Below are positions 1 to 12,149 of a stretch of DNA of 64,000 nt, piece after piece. The stretch lies in NCBI GenBank assembly GCA_051530055.1, contig CM121341.1, forward strand, positions 16,718,784-16,782,783. The letters run 5' to 3'. The position numbers and the translations under genes are program-made. The notes under the pieces were generated by a model, which worked only from the letters and a program-made list of their open reading frames with translations, searched no databases and was not told the DNA's origin. Each line of letters starts with the position of its first letter. Within the stretch, counting starts at the first letter, position 1. This stretch comes from Neoechinorhynchus agilis (lineage: Eukaryota > Animalia > Acanthocephala).

Positions 1-117
1 ATGACTAAAGTAAGCGAGGACATGGCTAAGGAAGGGGCATTTACACGAGTAGATCTGTGCATCCGAAATTTCCAGTGGATTAGATCCAGGAGTAAATTTT
101 TTACAAAAAACCCAACG

Positions 118-199
118 CTATTGGCCGTTTATGACAATGGTTACCAATCACGACGGCGTATCCTTGTTTTATAAAAATTTTACTTTTGCAAAAGCTCAT
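118..199 (-). pseudogene. TRMT61A: 5' remnant of tRNA m1A58 methyltransferase catalytic subunit
   Basis: Translates MSFCKSKIFIKQGYAVVIGNHCHKRPI, matching MSFCRSENFIKEGDVVVISTHCHKRQF at 25319; similarity then stops. Confidence 0.75.
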
Positions 200-630
200 C
201 TAGAGCGTGGCAAAATGATACGAGTGTTGGATTCCTTGCAATCATTGAATTTTAGCTGGGACTCGGAAATAGTCGGTCGTTCCGCTGTTTTTTCTTTAGA
301 AAAAAGATGAGTAGAAGAATTGCGCTATATAATAAATAAGCAACACATTTTTAAAAGGGCAGAGCGTTTCCATCATAAATTTCGAAGTTAACAAATTTGG
401 GTAAAATTATTGAGACATTCGAGCGGCAAACCATTCAAAAATTTGAATGTTCATAATGTTAGCTATTTTCTTAGGGTAAAATTGAAAGTTTTGTTCACAG
501 CTGAAATCCACAAAAAAACTTCGGAACAACGTAAATGCTTGATCTTAAAAGTTCATTAACTATCAAAGGTATATACACTCGCAATTACATTTAAGAATAA
601 TCTGAATAACCGTTTAAACTTTGATTTTGC

Positions 631-1170
631 TTATTTTAGACGACGTATAAGACCGAAAATGTTTGGTAAATAATCCGATAGCCATCGGTCCGTGATGATC
701 ATCCATTCAACCATCGAAATGTTTGAGTCGTTGAGAAATATGGAAATGCTTGCCGGTAGAGATGCCACCGATGGTTGTTTGATTGCAGTCCACAAAATTG
801 CGGCAGATATTATGAGCCAAATTACAATCAGGAATTTAAGCACAAGATTCGAAATCGCTGTAATTTTATTTTCATCTTGCTTTTTGAGTTCATCGTTGAC
901 ATATTGAGTTATTTTGTTTATTTGCCGACCAATTTGGAAATAACGGAGCATATCTCGTTCCTGGTTTAATTGGCTACGCTCTTTTATCAATCGCTTCACT
1001 TCCGCTGTCTGTTTTTCGAACTGTTTCAATCGGAGGCGTTTTAGAAGGCTTAAATAACATTCGTAGATGAATATAAGGAATACTGGTAAAAAGCGAAGGC
1101 TAAGAACGAGACAGACGCCCAAAATGAGCAAGTGAAGATTTGGTCGTCGTTGAGATGACGGCTGTTTCAT
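631..1170 (-). CDS. GET1: GET1/WRB (CHD5-like) tail-anchored protein insertase subunit, copy 1
   Basis: 179 aa: N-terminal TM, coiled coil LNQERDMLRYFQIGRQINKI (cf. WRB DEFARYARLERKINK), second TM, then LP and IxxxxW motifs. Confidence 0.75.
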   Translation of the reverse strand: MKQPSSQRRPNLHLLILGVCLVLSLRFLPVFLIFIYECYLSLLKRLRLKQFEKQTAEVKRLIKERSQLNQERDMLRYFQIGRQINKITQYVNDELKKQDENKITAISNLVLKFLIVIWLIISAAILWTAIKQPSVASLPASISIFLNDSNISMVEWMIITDRWLSDYLPNIFGLIRRLK

Positions 1171-1318
1171 AGATTTGCCCTTTGTTAGAAATGTCTAGAA
1201 ATGCAGAAGGAATCTAAATGCGTCAAGGAAAAGAAATGAATAAAAGAGTCATTTAGGTCTTCATGCGATAAATAACACTTCTGATCACCTGGCAACTCAC
1301 ATATAAAAGAAATGGAGA

Positions 1319-1790
1319 ATGTCTAATGAATTAACAAATGGTGGTCGAACTGACTCAAGTACCGAGGATTTGACTGACTTCAAAAGATGGGTAGAATCTC
1401 AATTAACTCGGTTCGTATCCGAATATGTAAAAAACCAACTAGTTCAGATAATACCGACCCAAAAGTTATTCTTGAAGTTGCTCCTTGTACGTAGAAAGTA
1501 TTATCGCAAAAATTCGTCAATGACATTGAATTAATGGGCCCACAAGTCAGAAGAAAATGCGTTTCGGTCGGAGATGATCTTTATTTTAAATTTGCTAAGC
1601 ATTGAATCAAGCGTTTACATTGCGTACAGACTAGTTTTTACCGCAATCTTCCAAGGTTTTTGTGCATTCTTTGAGCGAAAGATACCCGATTCTCGCTTAA
1701 TGTGGTGTCCGTTTGTGATATCTCTGCCCCATTGAAATCCCCTAAGAAAACCTATAGCCGAAATTTTTGTCACTAATCTCAATTAAAAAT
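1319..1790 (+). pseudogene. Frameshifted ORF, possibly death-fold (CARD-like)
   Basis: Joining frames gives FVSEYVKNQLVQII...VLSQKFVNDIELMGPQVRRKCVSVGDDLY..., loosely CARD-patterned; contains a frameshift and stops. Family call is weak. Confidence 0.25.
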
Positions 1791-1815
1791 TTCGGCGTTA
1801 ATGTTCGCCTTCAAT

Positions 1816-2710
1816 CTAAGAAAAGTTCACAGCTTCTAGGATCTTATCAGCTACATAAGACGATCTTAAAAACTTCCCGCTCGCAACACCGACAAAGCCA
1901 AGCTTCTCAGCCTCCAGTTTCCAGTATTCGAATTTCTCATCACTTATGAACTCTTTGACCTTTAGATGATTCTTGATCGGTTGAAGGTACTGACCAAGTG
2001 TGACGCTATCCACTCCAGCATTTCAAACTTAGCTTCTTTAGCCGTCCTAAGAACATTTAGTGATTGATCAAACGAAGCACGGCGATCCCTCATCAATCTC
2101 TGCAACTCCCTAACAGTCTCCACATTATGAGAATAAAAATCAAGACCACTTTCAATAACAATCTTCTTCACCAAATCCAAATTTCCCTCAAAATTCGATG
2201 TTAGGCATTCCACTTTCACGTTTGGATACCGCTTTTTAAGTTCCTTAACACATTGAACGAAATGATCACATCCGTGATCCACAAGATCGTCTCTTGTGAC
2301 AGTCGTAATGACAATGTACCGAAGTGCTCGCTTGCCTAATAGATTGGAATTAGCAACAGCTTTGGCTACTTTTTGAGGTTCGTAGCTTTGGTCTTGACTG
2401 AACAAAACCGGCACGCTCGGGTACATACATCGCCCATTATCATGATTGTAGCTGTTCCATGAGACCAGCATTCAGCACGGTTTGGACATTTGGCCTCCTC
2501 GCAAACAGTGCTCAGGTTTCCGAAGTCATTTAGAGCTTTACCAAGATTTCTAGATGGTGAAAGCGGTACTTTCGGTAAGCATCCACGTCCTCCTGATTTT
2601 TGAACAAAGTAGGAGAGTCCCGGAGAACCCGGCTTGTTCCATTTATACATCGGAGCTACGGATGACGAGAAACGGACGGACTGAAATCGTCGAAAAACCA
2701 ATAACGACAT
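1816..2710 (-). pseudogene. LIAS: Lipoyl synthase pseudogene, copy 1
   Basis: [12 protein letters not shown] (CX4CX5C), CTRACRFC (radical SAM), HNVETV, TLGQYLQP and RSSY motifs, split over three frames by two frameshifting internal deletions. Confidence 0.93.
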
Positions 2711-2779
2711 CTTCTCAAGTAGTCATGTGAAATTAAGAAATGATGTCTATAAGAATTATTAGCGACGACCTTCAAAGGT

Positions 2780-3587
2780 TTTCTGTATCGTGCCTACAAT
2801 ATCTGCAGCGAGGAGTGCTACACATATGAAATCCAACAGCCAAAGCGAATTTTCAGCTAGTTGAGTACCCAAAAGATATTCTTACTTCAGCGCGAGAGCA
2901 AGTGGACCGTGCGAGGAACACCCTGGGACGGAATCGAATGGACCTAAGCATTAGAGTTCCGGACAGCGAACCACGAACCAACTGTTGGCGTTGCAAAATC
3001 TAGAGGATAATTAAGAACAGCGATCTGCCGAAAAAATGCCCATTTTATTTTCGGCCTTCACTACTGATACGAAACCTCATTTCCAGGAAATACCAAGAGA
3101 TAAAAAAAGAGGGTTGTTGCCTACAAATTTTCTTGTAGAAAAAAAATGCAACAGCAATTAAATCGGACAAACAGGTCGGAATTTTAAGACGAAATTGGCA
3201 GAAAATAAGCGGTTCAGAACGTTATTGCGTTGAACGAGGTGCAAACTGGCCACTTCGTTGCCAATTACAACCAAATAATGGTTTTAGACAGTGAACGAAA
3301 TAACTTTTGACGCTTTATTAAGAAAGTTTTCTTAATCAAAGAACAGAAACCGGACCTGAATGACCAACGAGGCTACAAACTCTGTCTTCAAAGCTAACAA
3401 AAAGGAAACTACAAAATCAAAAATAAGTCCGTTTGAGAGTGGAATAACCATTTAACAACTTGTATTTTAGAACTGATGATGAACCCCAAGAAGTTCGAAA
3501 CGTTCTTAAAAAGAGTTATTTACCGTGTGAAGACTTCTAGACAATAATTCAAATCATTAAATCGCGTAAACTCCTCACATATCGATA
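2780..3587 (+). mobile_element. Penelope-like element 3' fragment (RT C-terminal region, GIY-YIG endonuclease, 3' terminus)
   Basis: RAYNICSEE...EYPKDIL; IGQTGRNFKTKLAENKR (GIY-YIG YIGxT motif); FLIKEQKPDLNDQRG; then a hammerhead and the family 3' end CCTCACATATCGATA. Confidence 0.8.
3473..3504 (+). ncRNA. Minimal type I hammerhead ribozyme, family A, PLE-linked
   Basis: CTGATGA-T-GAAC(cccaagaa)GTTC-GAAACGTT; palindromic ACGT helix III; stem I pairing imperfect. Confidence 0.75.
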
Positions 3588-3791
3588 TCTTGAATGTGAC
3601 GGATAAAAAGAAATCTCTAGTAAGCAAAACGATGCTCTGGATGGATGAAAGAATTGCACTTTGTTGAGGGTTCTTTATTAAGTCGAACAAAAATTTCAAT
3701 GTGGTGATTATTCAGTCATATATGTTAAGATTGAAGTTTTAATTCGGGATTTATTTCTAATGAAATGTAATATTCTGATTTAGGACATCTC

Positions 3792-4085
3792 TTACTCGAC
3801 TTTTCCTTTAGACAAACAGTCACATCGATATCTTGCATCAGAGAAGTGATTGAATCCCTTAAAACAATGAAACTTAGGGTAAAGAGTTTGTACATCCATC
3901 CAGATCCTCAGATACCTCTCAAGGAGGCGAGACTCATCAGTGAATTTCCTAAATTCAGCAGTAATTCGTTCCCTATGGCCGTGAGTCATCGGCAGTCGTG
4001 GATTGTAACTCTTTTGACCCTGAAAGGAACTCGATAATATTTTAAGGCCTGTTAATTTAGCCATTTTGTGTATGAAAGTACTCAT
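3792..4085 (-). CDS. 97-codon ORF, unknown; possibly the distal cytoplasmic tail of the upstream membrane-protein gene
   Basis: Open in both duplicate copies; in copy B it is in frame with the upstream ORF across a single TAA. Confidence 0.35.
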   Translation of the reverse strand: MSTFIHKMAKLTGLKILSSSFQGQKSYNPRLPMTHGHRERITAEFRKFTDESRLLERYLRIWMDVQTLYPKFHCFKGFNHFSDARYRCDCLSKGKVE

Positions 4086-4119
4086 TTTTGAAGGAAATTA
4101 ATCACTTTTTATTTCGAGA

Positions 4120-4760
4120 CTAAAAATCTTCAACAGTTGTCCCCGCTAACGAATCCTCTTTTCCTGAAGTGCGGTTCATTATTCGTTTTCGAACTGGTCT
4201 TCTATGTTGTTCTTTGGTTAGCCAATAATTCGAACTTAGATAGACAACGACAACGAATGCGAGAACACCCAAAAGTCCTGTTACTAGAACGACAGTAACT
4301 TGTTTTCTAGAATTCAAAATAGCATTTAAATCATTTGCTAGATCTTTAGGAATCCTAATCGAAATCAACTGACTGCTTGCACTTTCTCGACTGCCAAAGC
4401 TTTATTACTGCTTCCTAAAATCACCTGAACTGTACAAAGATCATCGCTTAGAATTTCCTCAACATCCACGTTAACTTGGATTTGATGAACACCCATGGCG
4501 AGGGTCTTAATTGTTCGAGAACGATGTGACGCAAATAATAAATTTGGAAAGCCTTCAACTGTGTTCCCGTAGACAGTGACACAACAAATGATTGTGGATA
4601 GGAAGCGATTCACGGCATTCAGTTGGAACTCTTCTCTGTAGTGAGTCAAGAAAAATGGCTTTCCTACAATAACCAATTCAACTGATATCTCATAGACCCA
4701 AGTCATTGACGATAGAAATCTCTTTTCCTCTTGACTGTCTTGTAGGCGACGGAAGGACAA
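4120..4760 (-). pseudogene. Truncated, frameshifted copy of the Ig-like single-pass membrane protein gene
   Basis: Homologous to 29363-30019 but split by deletions (RPVLDLVES segment lost) and missing the signal-peptide/Ig exon. Confidence 0.75.
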
Positions 4761-5177
4761 AGGTTCGGTTCTTCTAATCGATCACCTAAAGTCCAGTTGC
4801 ACGGCACAAATGGGAGCAAGAAGTAAAGATGTGCGTTAACATCAAAGACATTTTCTTGGATCCTTAAGGGGCCATTGCAAAACACTGATTGATTTTTGAG
4901 AATTAACACTGCAAGAGTAATTTATGAACTTATTGTAATCAATAACTTTTTATTAATCATCGAGAGAAAATCCATCGGGATGGTAGAATTTTTAGTTCCG
5001 GTGATCATAACCCCGATTAGATCACATTTTATTGAATTGATCGCCTCATCTGCCAGTGCTTCTTAGTATTCAAGACAATGGCAATTGACGCTTGGAAAAA
5101 ACCAAGACAACAATAGGCATTTAGTGTAAACTTCAGCCTATTGCCTCCATTGGAACCGCGAAATAGCAATGCCGCCG

Positions 5178-5290
5178 TGCGAGGAACTGAAGGATGGAAA
5201 ATGTTGGGGCGACGTGAGTGTTGTAAGTGTGAGTAAAAGGAAAAATGCGTGCTAGAAATTTAGGCTCAATAGCTATAGCACGAATTACGT
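5178..5290 (-). mobile_element. CR1-group LINE 3' fragment
   Basis: gtgcgaggaactgaaggatggaaaatgttggggcgac... is nearly identical to 36578-36650, in the LINE 3' region; sits at the duplication breakpoint. Confidence 0.7.
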
Positions 5291-5399
5291 TAATGTGATG
5301 CATTTTTATGTTGAATCGAGTCCCGAGGACGGGAGAGGATTGTGTCCACAAACGTTTTCATGACATTAAATGCTTTCTTTTACCATTAAATTAAAATCG

Positions 5400-6350
5400 T
5401 CGCCTTTGAGCCGCACCGATAACCGAGAATCCGTTCCCGGACTGTCTTCGTTTTTGAAAGTGTTCATAGCGGAGATGGGAGAAGCGGCTGAGGCGGGAGT
5501 GGAAGAGGCATGCAGTGGGGATCAAGGACAGTGGGAAAAGAGCTACTTTCCATTGCCAGTTGGAGATTTTTTCTCCTTTCACAGTCCTGCGATGGCAGTA
5601 CCTTCCTGGTAGATATTTTTAAAGAGATATCGGTCAGCTACGAGAAGAACCCAGTTTCTGATGGCGATGTGAAATTCGTCCATTGTTTGCTTAAACTGAT
5701 CATTGAAATGTTTTTCCTTCGGTTAGCACAGAATGCAGTGTCTGCTTGAGCGTCATTAGGTTTGCAAAATCGGAGTGGACTTACTCTGCTGATGACCGTG
5801 GATTCTGATTGCTGCAGCCACGGATGGATTAGTCTTCTTGATGTTGACTTAAAACCAAATAATTCATGCGCTTCGGCGGAACGATCAGTGATGTTCTGAA
5901 GACTTGTCCGAATTCTCATTAACATAATGCAATTCAATGATTGCATTAGTGGAGGTTTTCGTCTTGGACTTCAGCCGGCGCAGTCCGTCTTCATACCGAA
6001 AGCGTACTATAACCTTGAAATCGAGTGATATGTGATTTCTTGGACTAGACGGGGCAAATGCATCGAGAAAAGTGTTGCCACATAATCTATAGGAGAGTAG
6101 CGGCACCGTTCTTGTAAAGCTCTGCAGAAATTAAATTGGGACCAGCAGCTCGGTTGTTACGCGGTCGGCTAAGGATTTGGTGAACTCCTTGTAAGTTTAG
6201 GACATTAGTTATTGTTCGGGCATGTGAGCGATTTCCTCTGGACAGTTGAACAAAATGTCTCTTCTAGCGGTGGCCGATAGCTCGTTCTTCTGTCAGAATA
6301 AATCCTTCGCTCACATAAAAGTGGATATTGTTCTTGTTGGGTCGTAAATG
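5400..6350 (-). mobile_element. Heavily decayed non-LTR RT fragment (RTE-like)
   Basis: RPRNNRAAGPNLISAELYKNG (cf. KAAGPDGIPAELYK) and ELFGFKS (cf. QxGFR); many stops and frameshifts. Confidence 0.5.
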
Positions 6351-6351
6351 A

Positions 6352-6485
6352 TGTCGTGCTCATATCCTTTGATTCTTCAACTATTTTATGTGTCAACCAA
6401 CAAATCAAAAAACTAACTAAAACCCACACACACATATCAACGTTGCACAAGTGTGCGTCACACGTTATGCCGTCATGTCACTACA
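6352..6485 (-). repeat. 3' LTR (134 bp, TG...CA)
   Basis: Direct repeat of 9429-9559; reads TGTAGTGAC...GCACGACA on the minus strand. Confidence 0.92.
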
Positions 6486-8367
6486 TTTCTCCCCCTCGGG
6501 GATTTCAGTACTCATCATACGGCAGTATTGGCTTTCTCCTTATTCTTGTACTCCGCCTCTGTTTGCTTGGTCATTTGCCGTTCTAAAAGTTTCTTCGCTC
6601 ATGCTTCTTTCAACTTCGCTGGGTTCCCAGATCGATCCTCGTTCTGTTTCCTGCCGAGTGGTGTCTTCTACAACTTGTTGATCCCGTCCCACACTTCGTT
6701 CTTCATTATCCTGGTGTTTGTTATTTTGATCATCACCATCCTTCAAATCTGCAGCTACGTCTTCATCAATGATTCCTTCCGGATTTTCCTGCTCTTGTTT
6801 TCCTATTGCTCTCTTTCTTATGTGGTCGGCATGCATTCTCTTCTCACCCATATTTGTCCCTTCCATTCCTTTTTTACCGTGTCCTCCATGTAGCTTTTGC
6901 AATACCGTCTTTCTGAACACGGAATCACCATCCGATCCAGACACAATAGTACATCGTTCTTCGTTGATAGCTCGTCATTACGTTTTTTAAAATCGATATC
7001 TTCAGTTGTAGCCTTTCCAGGCCATCCGGATATGAGATAACGCTTAATTCGAGCTATCTGGGTATCTTTGATTGATTCGCTTTTTAGACTTGACAGTGAT
7101 AAATTAAGAATTGTCGATGTTTCTTGCAAACAATACTGGTTGCAGCTCACCTTTTTCACTTGTGTAGAATAACACTGCGCCAAGTCCTGATTCACTAGCA
7201 TCACAGGTTAAGGCTATGTTCCTTTTTTGATCGTAAGGAACCAATCCTTGTGGTCTCCTCAGTGCTTCTTTAACCTTTTCGAATGCGAGCGAATTGCAGG
7301 AACGATGAAAATCGGCGCGGAACCGTGCATGGAAATTGACGAAACCCAAAAACGCTCTCAGGTGTTTAGCTTTCTTCGGTTCAGCAGCTTCTGACAGCGC
7401 CAGTCTTTTGTCATCCGAATGTTTTATCTGCCCATGTTTGATGATATGACCCAGATACTCCACTTCGTCCTTCAAAAACTGACATTTTTCTTCCTTTACT
7501 TTGACTCCTGATTAAGTTAGTTTTTCAAATACTTATGTGTTCTTCTTCTGAACTTCCCGAAATTACGATATCATCAAAATAAGCTCCTACCCCATCTATT
7601 CCTCGCAGCGTCTCTGAAATATATTTCTGAAAAATTGCCGGCGCGGCTGAAACTCCAAATGCTAGTCGATTGTACCTAAAGAATCCGTATGGTGTTGCGA
7701 TCGTTAGTATTTTACTCGTCTAATCGTCCACCGGAATTTGTAGGTAGGCATCTCTCAGACCTATCGCGTTATATTGCGTGGCATCCGCCAACTTGTGTGT
7801 TAATTCTTCGAAGATTGATAGTTGCGCGGAAATCTCCACAAATTCGTACCTTTCCGCCGGTCCTTCGAACAACTACAATTGGTGTGGCCCATTCGATTTT
7901 ATCTTGATTCGCATCTACTGATCTAGTTCCGCTTCTAGTGGATCCTGTAGTGCAAACGGAATCCTTCTCGCACCACATACGCATTGTTCGGCGTCCTCCT
8001 TCAGAACCAAGCTTGCTTGGAAATTCTTTATCGGATCTGATTCATTGTTGAACACTGAAAGGAACGATTTCTTCAATTTTGCGCATATTGCTTCGCTTTT
8101 ATCACTTCCTTCCGTATTAATCCTGTGAACCCCTACGAGCTCCGCTGGAATTTTTAATCCAAACTGCAAAATCCATGGTAGTCCAAACAATGATTTACTT
8201 GATTCTGGTACTACAACGGCTTCAACTCTTCTCCATTTCCTGCCTAGCTTCACATTCATTGAACATCTTCTAAGGCTCTTGATCTCTGTTCCTCCAAAAG
8301 CTCTCAGTGCATTTGTTGCGCTTAATTTAGATTTTCCGATTCGATGCCACAACGCTCTTGTTATAAT

Positions 8368-9400
8368 TTACTTCGCGGCTCTCGTATCAAACTCCATTTT
8401 TGTCTTCACACCTTCTATGAATGCCGAAATCTCCGCTCTCTTCCTACCCGGAATAGTATAAATATGTCTTTCAAGTTCATCATCCTCTTCATGATCTCCT
8501 GATACATCGCATCTCACTGATTCGCCATCTTTTACATCTTTAATTTGATTAACACCGGTAGCCGACAAACAGCATCGAGCGAAATGTCCACTCTTCCCAC
8601 ATTTGAAGCATTTAGCATTTCTGGCCCAGCAAGTCTTTCCCTCCAAAGGTTTTCCTGTACAATATTTGCATTTTGCTATAAAGTCGTTCCGATTACGCTC
8701 TCGGTTGAACTTGTTTTGATAACTCTTATGCACAAAGGACTCCCCACTGTCCATTTTTGGTGCTATCTCCAATGCTTGCTTCGAGACTTCGTAACTGTTG
8801 ATGATGGTTCGCAGCTTTTCGAGTGTCAAGTTTTTGTGCTGAAAAGCCGATCTTCGTATTTCCTCATATGGACTATTTAATATCACCCTGTCTCCAATCT
8901 GGATCTCTGTAGCTTTTTGTTCATCTTGCACTTCTGATTTGAAGAAGTTGCAACCTTTCGAAACGTCCCATAACTCCGCCATCCAAACATCGTAGCTTTG
9001 CCCTGGTTTCATTCGGATATTACTGAAACGGTATCGTGCCGCTACTTCGTGTATTTCTTGGGTATATAACTTCGATATGGCATCTTTCAATTCCGCAAAA
9101 GAGCAGTCACTGGGTTTCTTCGTACCCAAGCTTTTCCGGACTTTTGCGTAAATCTGCGGGCTTATCCACGCCAACAAACAAGCTTGTATCAATTCTTGAG
9201 TCTCTACTCCACAATACTCCAAATGTTTTTCCAACTGTGCCTCATAATCTTCCCACGTCTCGCTACCATGATCGAAAGATCGAAACACTTGGATATCACA
9301 CCATCATTCTGTTGCCGTTTGTCCTCGCTCCCCTTCGTTTGTCCCATTTGCTTTATCATTAGTTCCAATAACTCATGTTGCTTCTCGATGAGAGACTGCA
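8368..9400 (-). pseudogene. gag: Gypsy gag and start of protease (frameshifted near the N-terminus)
   Basis: ORF 8368-9288 ETWEDYEAQLE...CCHC knuckle; the N-terminal part lies in another frame (9204-9506). Confidence 0.85.
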
Positions 9401-9428
9401 TCATCAAACTCCCACCCTCGTCGCCAAA

Positions 9429-9559
9429 TGTCGTGCTCATATCCTTTGATTCTTCAGCTATTTTATGTGTCAAGCAACAAATTAAAAAACTAAAACCCAC
9501 ACACACTTACATATCAACGTTGCACAAGTGTGCGTCACACGTTATGCCGTCATGTCACT
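9429..9559 (-). repeat. 5' LTR (outer TGT missing)
   Basis: Differs from the 3' LTR by 3 substitutions and two 4-bp indels; followed by the PBS. Confidence 0.9.
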
Positions 9560-10399
9560 GTTCCGGAGCTGCGATTTGCTATTCCGGGGAAATTGGGCTT
9601 CATTTTTCTAATTGATATGACGGAAGATATCCCCGTTGTTGCTGTTAAATCCGCCTTCGGTATGCCTCTTGAGAAATCCGATTACCGTCTCTGCGGCTGC
9701 AGGAACATTGGCCTTGAAAAATTAATGGCAGTTAATCGACATAAATAAATAAGATTTTTCTTCATTATCGACCTTCTGTTTCGCGAGAAAGATCCGATAC
9801 CAAGTACAATCATTTGGCTTGCCCGGGAATGTTGGACAAGAAATGATTGCATTCCATCGGCTGCAAGGCCTCCAGCGCCAAGCATTCCTCGTCCACATTC
9901 GGCCTACATTCGTAACATTCGGCTTCAAGAAAGTGTGAGCGAAAACATTTTTGGTGCAAATAAAGGGTAAAGCAGTAGGAAACTTGCAGAGAACAGGGAG
10001 ATGTGGATTTAGCTCGTGCAATGGAGCCCTTTAGAGTTTCAGTAACTCGTTCAAAGCACTTCTTTAGTGCAACATCGATAAGAGTAGAATACTTGAATAC
10101 TTATACTTGGCAGATTCTCGCTCACTGTTCATTGATTTGTTGAGAGAGACGTTGGCGAGAGAAAGGAGTAGACGAGAGTAGTCTGAATCGGTATTTATGA
10201 TTTTCCACAAATATCATTGATCACCACTGGATTGCCCCGATGATTGAATACATCAACAATTCTATGTCATAAGCAACTTAATTTACTGAACAGGGACCCG
10301 ACTACATTATGAAGCACCAGATATGAGGCACTAAGTTCAAATTATCCAGGTCTGATGAGCCCCATAGTGTCCTATGATAAGTAAAACTCGGATCCACGA

Positions 10400-11100
10400 T
10401 GAGATGGCAATCACGATTTCCCCGATGGAAGTCTCAGCAAAAAGGACGTGCTTTAATAACAGTGGGCATGGAAGATTAATAGAACAAGGCTTACTAACTT
10501 CTGAACTCCGAAAATTTTGAGAGGCTGGCCAAAGATTCCACCCGAAGTAAGCTTTAAATTTAATAGTTTCCTTGGGAATTTGTTGAACCGATCTCTTATA
10601 AGTCAACAATTCTATAATATGACGATATCGTCATCGACCAATACTGTGTTTTGCTATCTCGTTTCGAAGATTCACAAATCCATCCTTCAATAGTGTATAA
10701 TTATAGCCAGCTATATATGCTTGAATCATCGTTTAGCTCCAAAGATCAATGCATTATTAAGAAAGATCTATCAATCACCGGTTTGCACATTAAGGACCGC
10801 CCAACTGTTGTGATTGAGATCATGAAACTAAACGTCGAAAAATACAAAATGTTTACGGCCGATGTGAACGTTCTCTTCACCTCTAAAACGATTGAATAAT
10901 CGGCTCACTTACCAAGCATTGCAACGAATCCTGTTTTGACCTTGCCAAGTGCTACTTGCTAATCCAATGGTTCACGAGTATGACTACATTTGAATTTGAA
11001 GGTACGTTCTTCGATCAAAAAGATGATCTCGCCACTAGCTGCGACCTTAGCTGACATTTACATGCATGAGGAACGGTATAGTGATATGACTAAGTTTTGG
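10400..11100 (+). mobile_element. Penelope-like element RT fragment
   Basis: KGRALITV...LLNSENFERLAKD (cf. DKG...DPT), MFTADVNVLFT (cf. SFDVxSLFT), FEFEGTFFDQKD and LADIYMHEE; many stops. Confidence 0.75.
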
Positions 11101-12149
11101 CGGCTGCAAAAATAACTCACTAAACGCATTGTTTAATTGGTGATGGTAAAAATTTTTTTCTAGACGTACTGGTTAAACGCTCCAACGACAATATTTCGTA
11201 AGCCGAACGTGCCATGGAAATCTCCACATTGGTATAGTCATAGACTTACAGGGTATGAAATTTTTGCAGCCACTTCTTATTTCCCGAAAGCTTTTATAAT
11301 CTCATCCACTCGACTTGTGTGGATTCGGGAAAGAGAAAAGATCGTGGAGGAATTGAAAGTAAGGGATATTCTCGCTTGATAATAAGCTGTGGAATCAAAA
11401 TATGCAATTAACGACAAGGCAACATAAATAAATTTGCGGAGTCCGTTACCTTCGAAAGAGTGAACTTTGTCAACAATGAAACTAATAAAATGATCCACTC
11501 GACTATAAGGACGAAGATAGGAGCACGGTAATGCAACAATAAAGGAATCACTCTCGGAAACGCTGTAAAGGAAGAGGAGATATGACGATTCAACTAGCAA
11601 GGTTCACTGAATACATTGGACTTCCTCGCGAAATATTTCAATTCCCACATCGCAAATATATGAGAAAGTACAATCAATTCAAACAGTTTTCGTTTTCTGT
11701 TGTTTCCGTCGCAGTTCAATTTTTTATGGTTTGTGGTGGTTGTGAAATGGAAAAGTTTGTTATTAATGCTGAAACCTTTGACGGGTACAAAGTCGAAAGG
11801 TAGAAAACTGTTGACATCAATTATCCTTGATGCTTTCTGGTAAAATGAATCGAAGGCTTTAATGGGAATTTAAAGTAAAAGACTCTTATGTTCGAAATGG
11901 ATACATCGAGTAAAACTTGGCTATAGAGCTGTGTTTTTGTCGAAAGATAAAAAGCCAAAAAAGTTTTCACGTTGGGTTTTCATTGAGTTTTTTCCATTTG
12001 GGATTTCTACGGGAACGTTGAAGACCAACCAATTTACACGCGGCAATTCCTTCGACAAGGTTCAGCCTTGCTCAACTTAATAACAAGACAGTGTTTATGG
12101 CCAGTGAACCTGGGAATTTAAAATGTCGGTTGATATGGAGGTAATAAAT

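Larger units (their letters stand above)
118..5177. repeat. Segmental duplication, copy A (partner 25235-31748)
   Basis: Near-identical sequence from ~430 to 5177 with an offset of ~25.25 kb, ending at ...aatagcaatgccgccg in both copies. The first ~300 bp are visibly more diverged. Copy A lacks ~1.28 kb present in copy B (30101-31382). Confidence 0.95.
6352..9559 (-). mobile_element. Ty3/Gypsy (Mag-like) LTR retrotransposon, internally deleted and frameshifted
   Basis: Two LTRs, PBS TTTGGCGACGAGG (9416-9428) and PPT GAGGGGGAGAAA next to the 3' LTR. Gag with CFKCGKSGHFARCC knuckle, protease DTRAA, RT WATPIVVV...ICGDFR and YFDDI, RNase H LTCDASESGLGAVL. Integrase core absent. Confidence 0.93.

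Noticed and set aside
3792-4085. SDHAF3/LYR-family identity for the 97-aa ORF
   Set aside because: Only EFR and a Trp align, and it is in frame with the upstream membrane gene, so no family name is given.
6453-9615. Several plus-strand ORFs (146, 111, 108, 143 aa)
   Set aside because: Antisense shadows of the Gypsy gag/pol and LTRs.
9600-10020. Possible decayed retroviral-type integrase (SNNGDIF, cf. SDNGxQF)
   Set aside because: Only scattered motif-like matches across stops and frameshifts.
10352-10395. CTGATGAG-CCCATAG(tgtc)CTATG upstream of the PLE RT fragment, as a hammerhead
   Set aside because: The GAAA core is not intact (AAGTAAAAC). Possibly a decayed ribozyme, but unsupported.
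11250-11860. Possible spliced exons of a membrane protein (APIFVLIVEWIILLVSLL...IIKREY), anoctamin-like
   Set aside because: Splice sites are plausible, but the similarity is too weak to name by eye and no upstream exons could be reconstructed.
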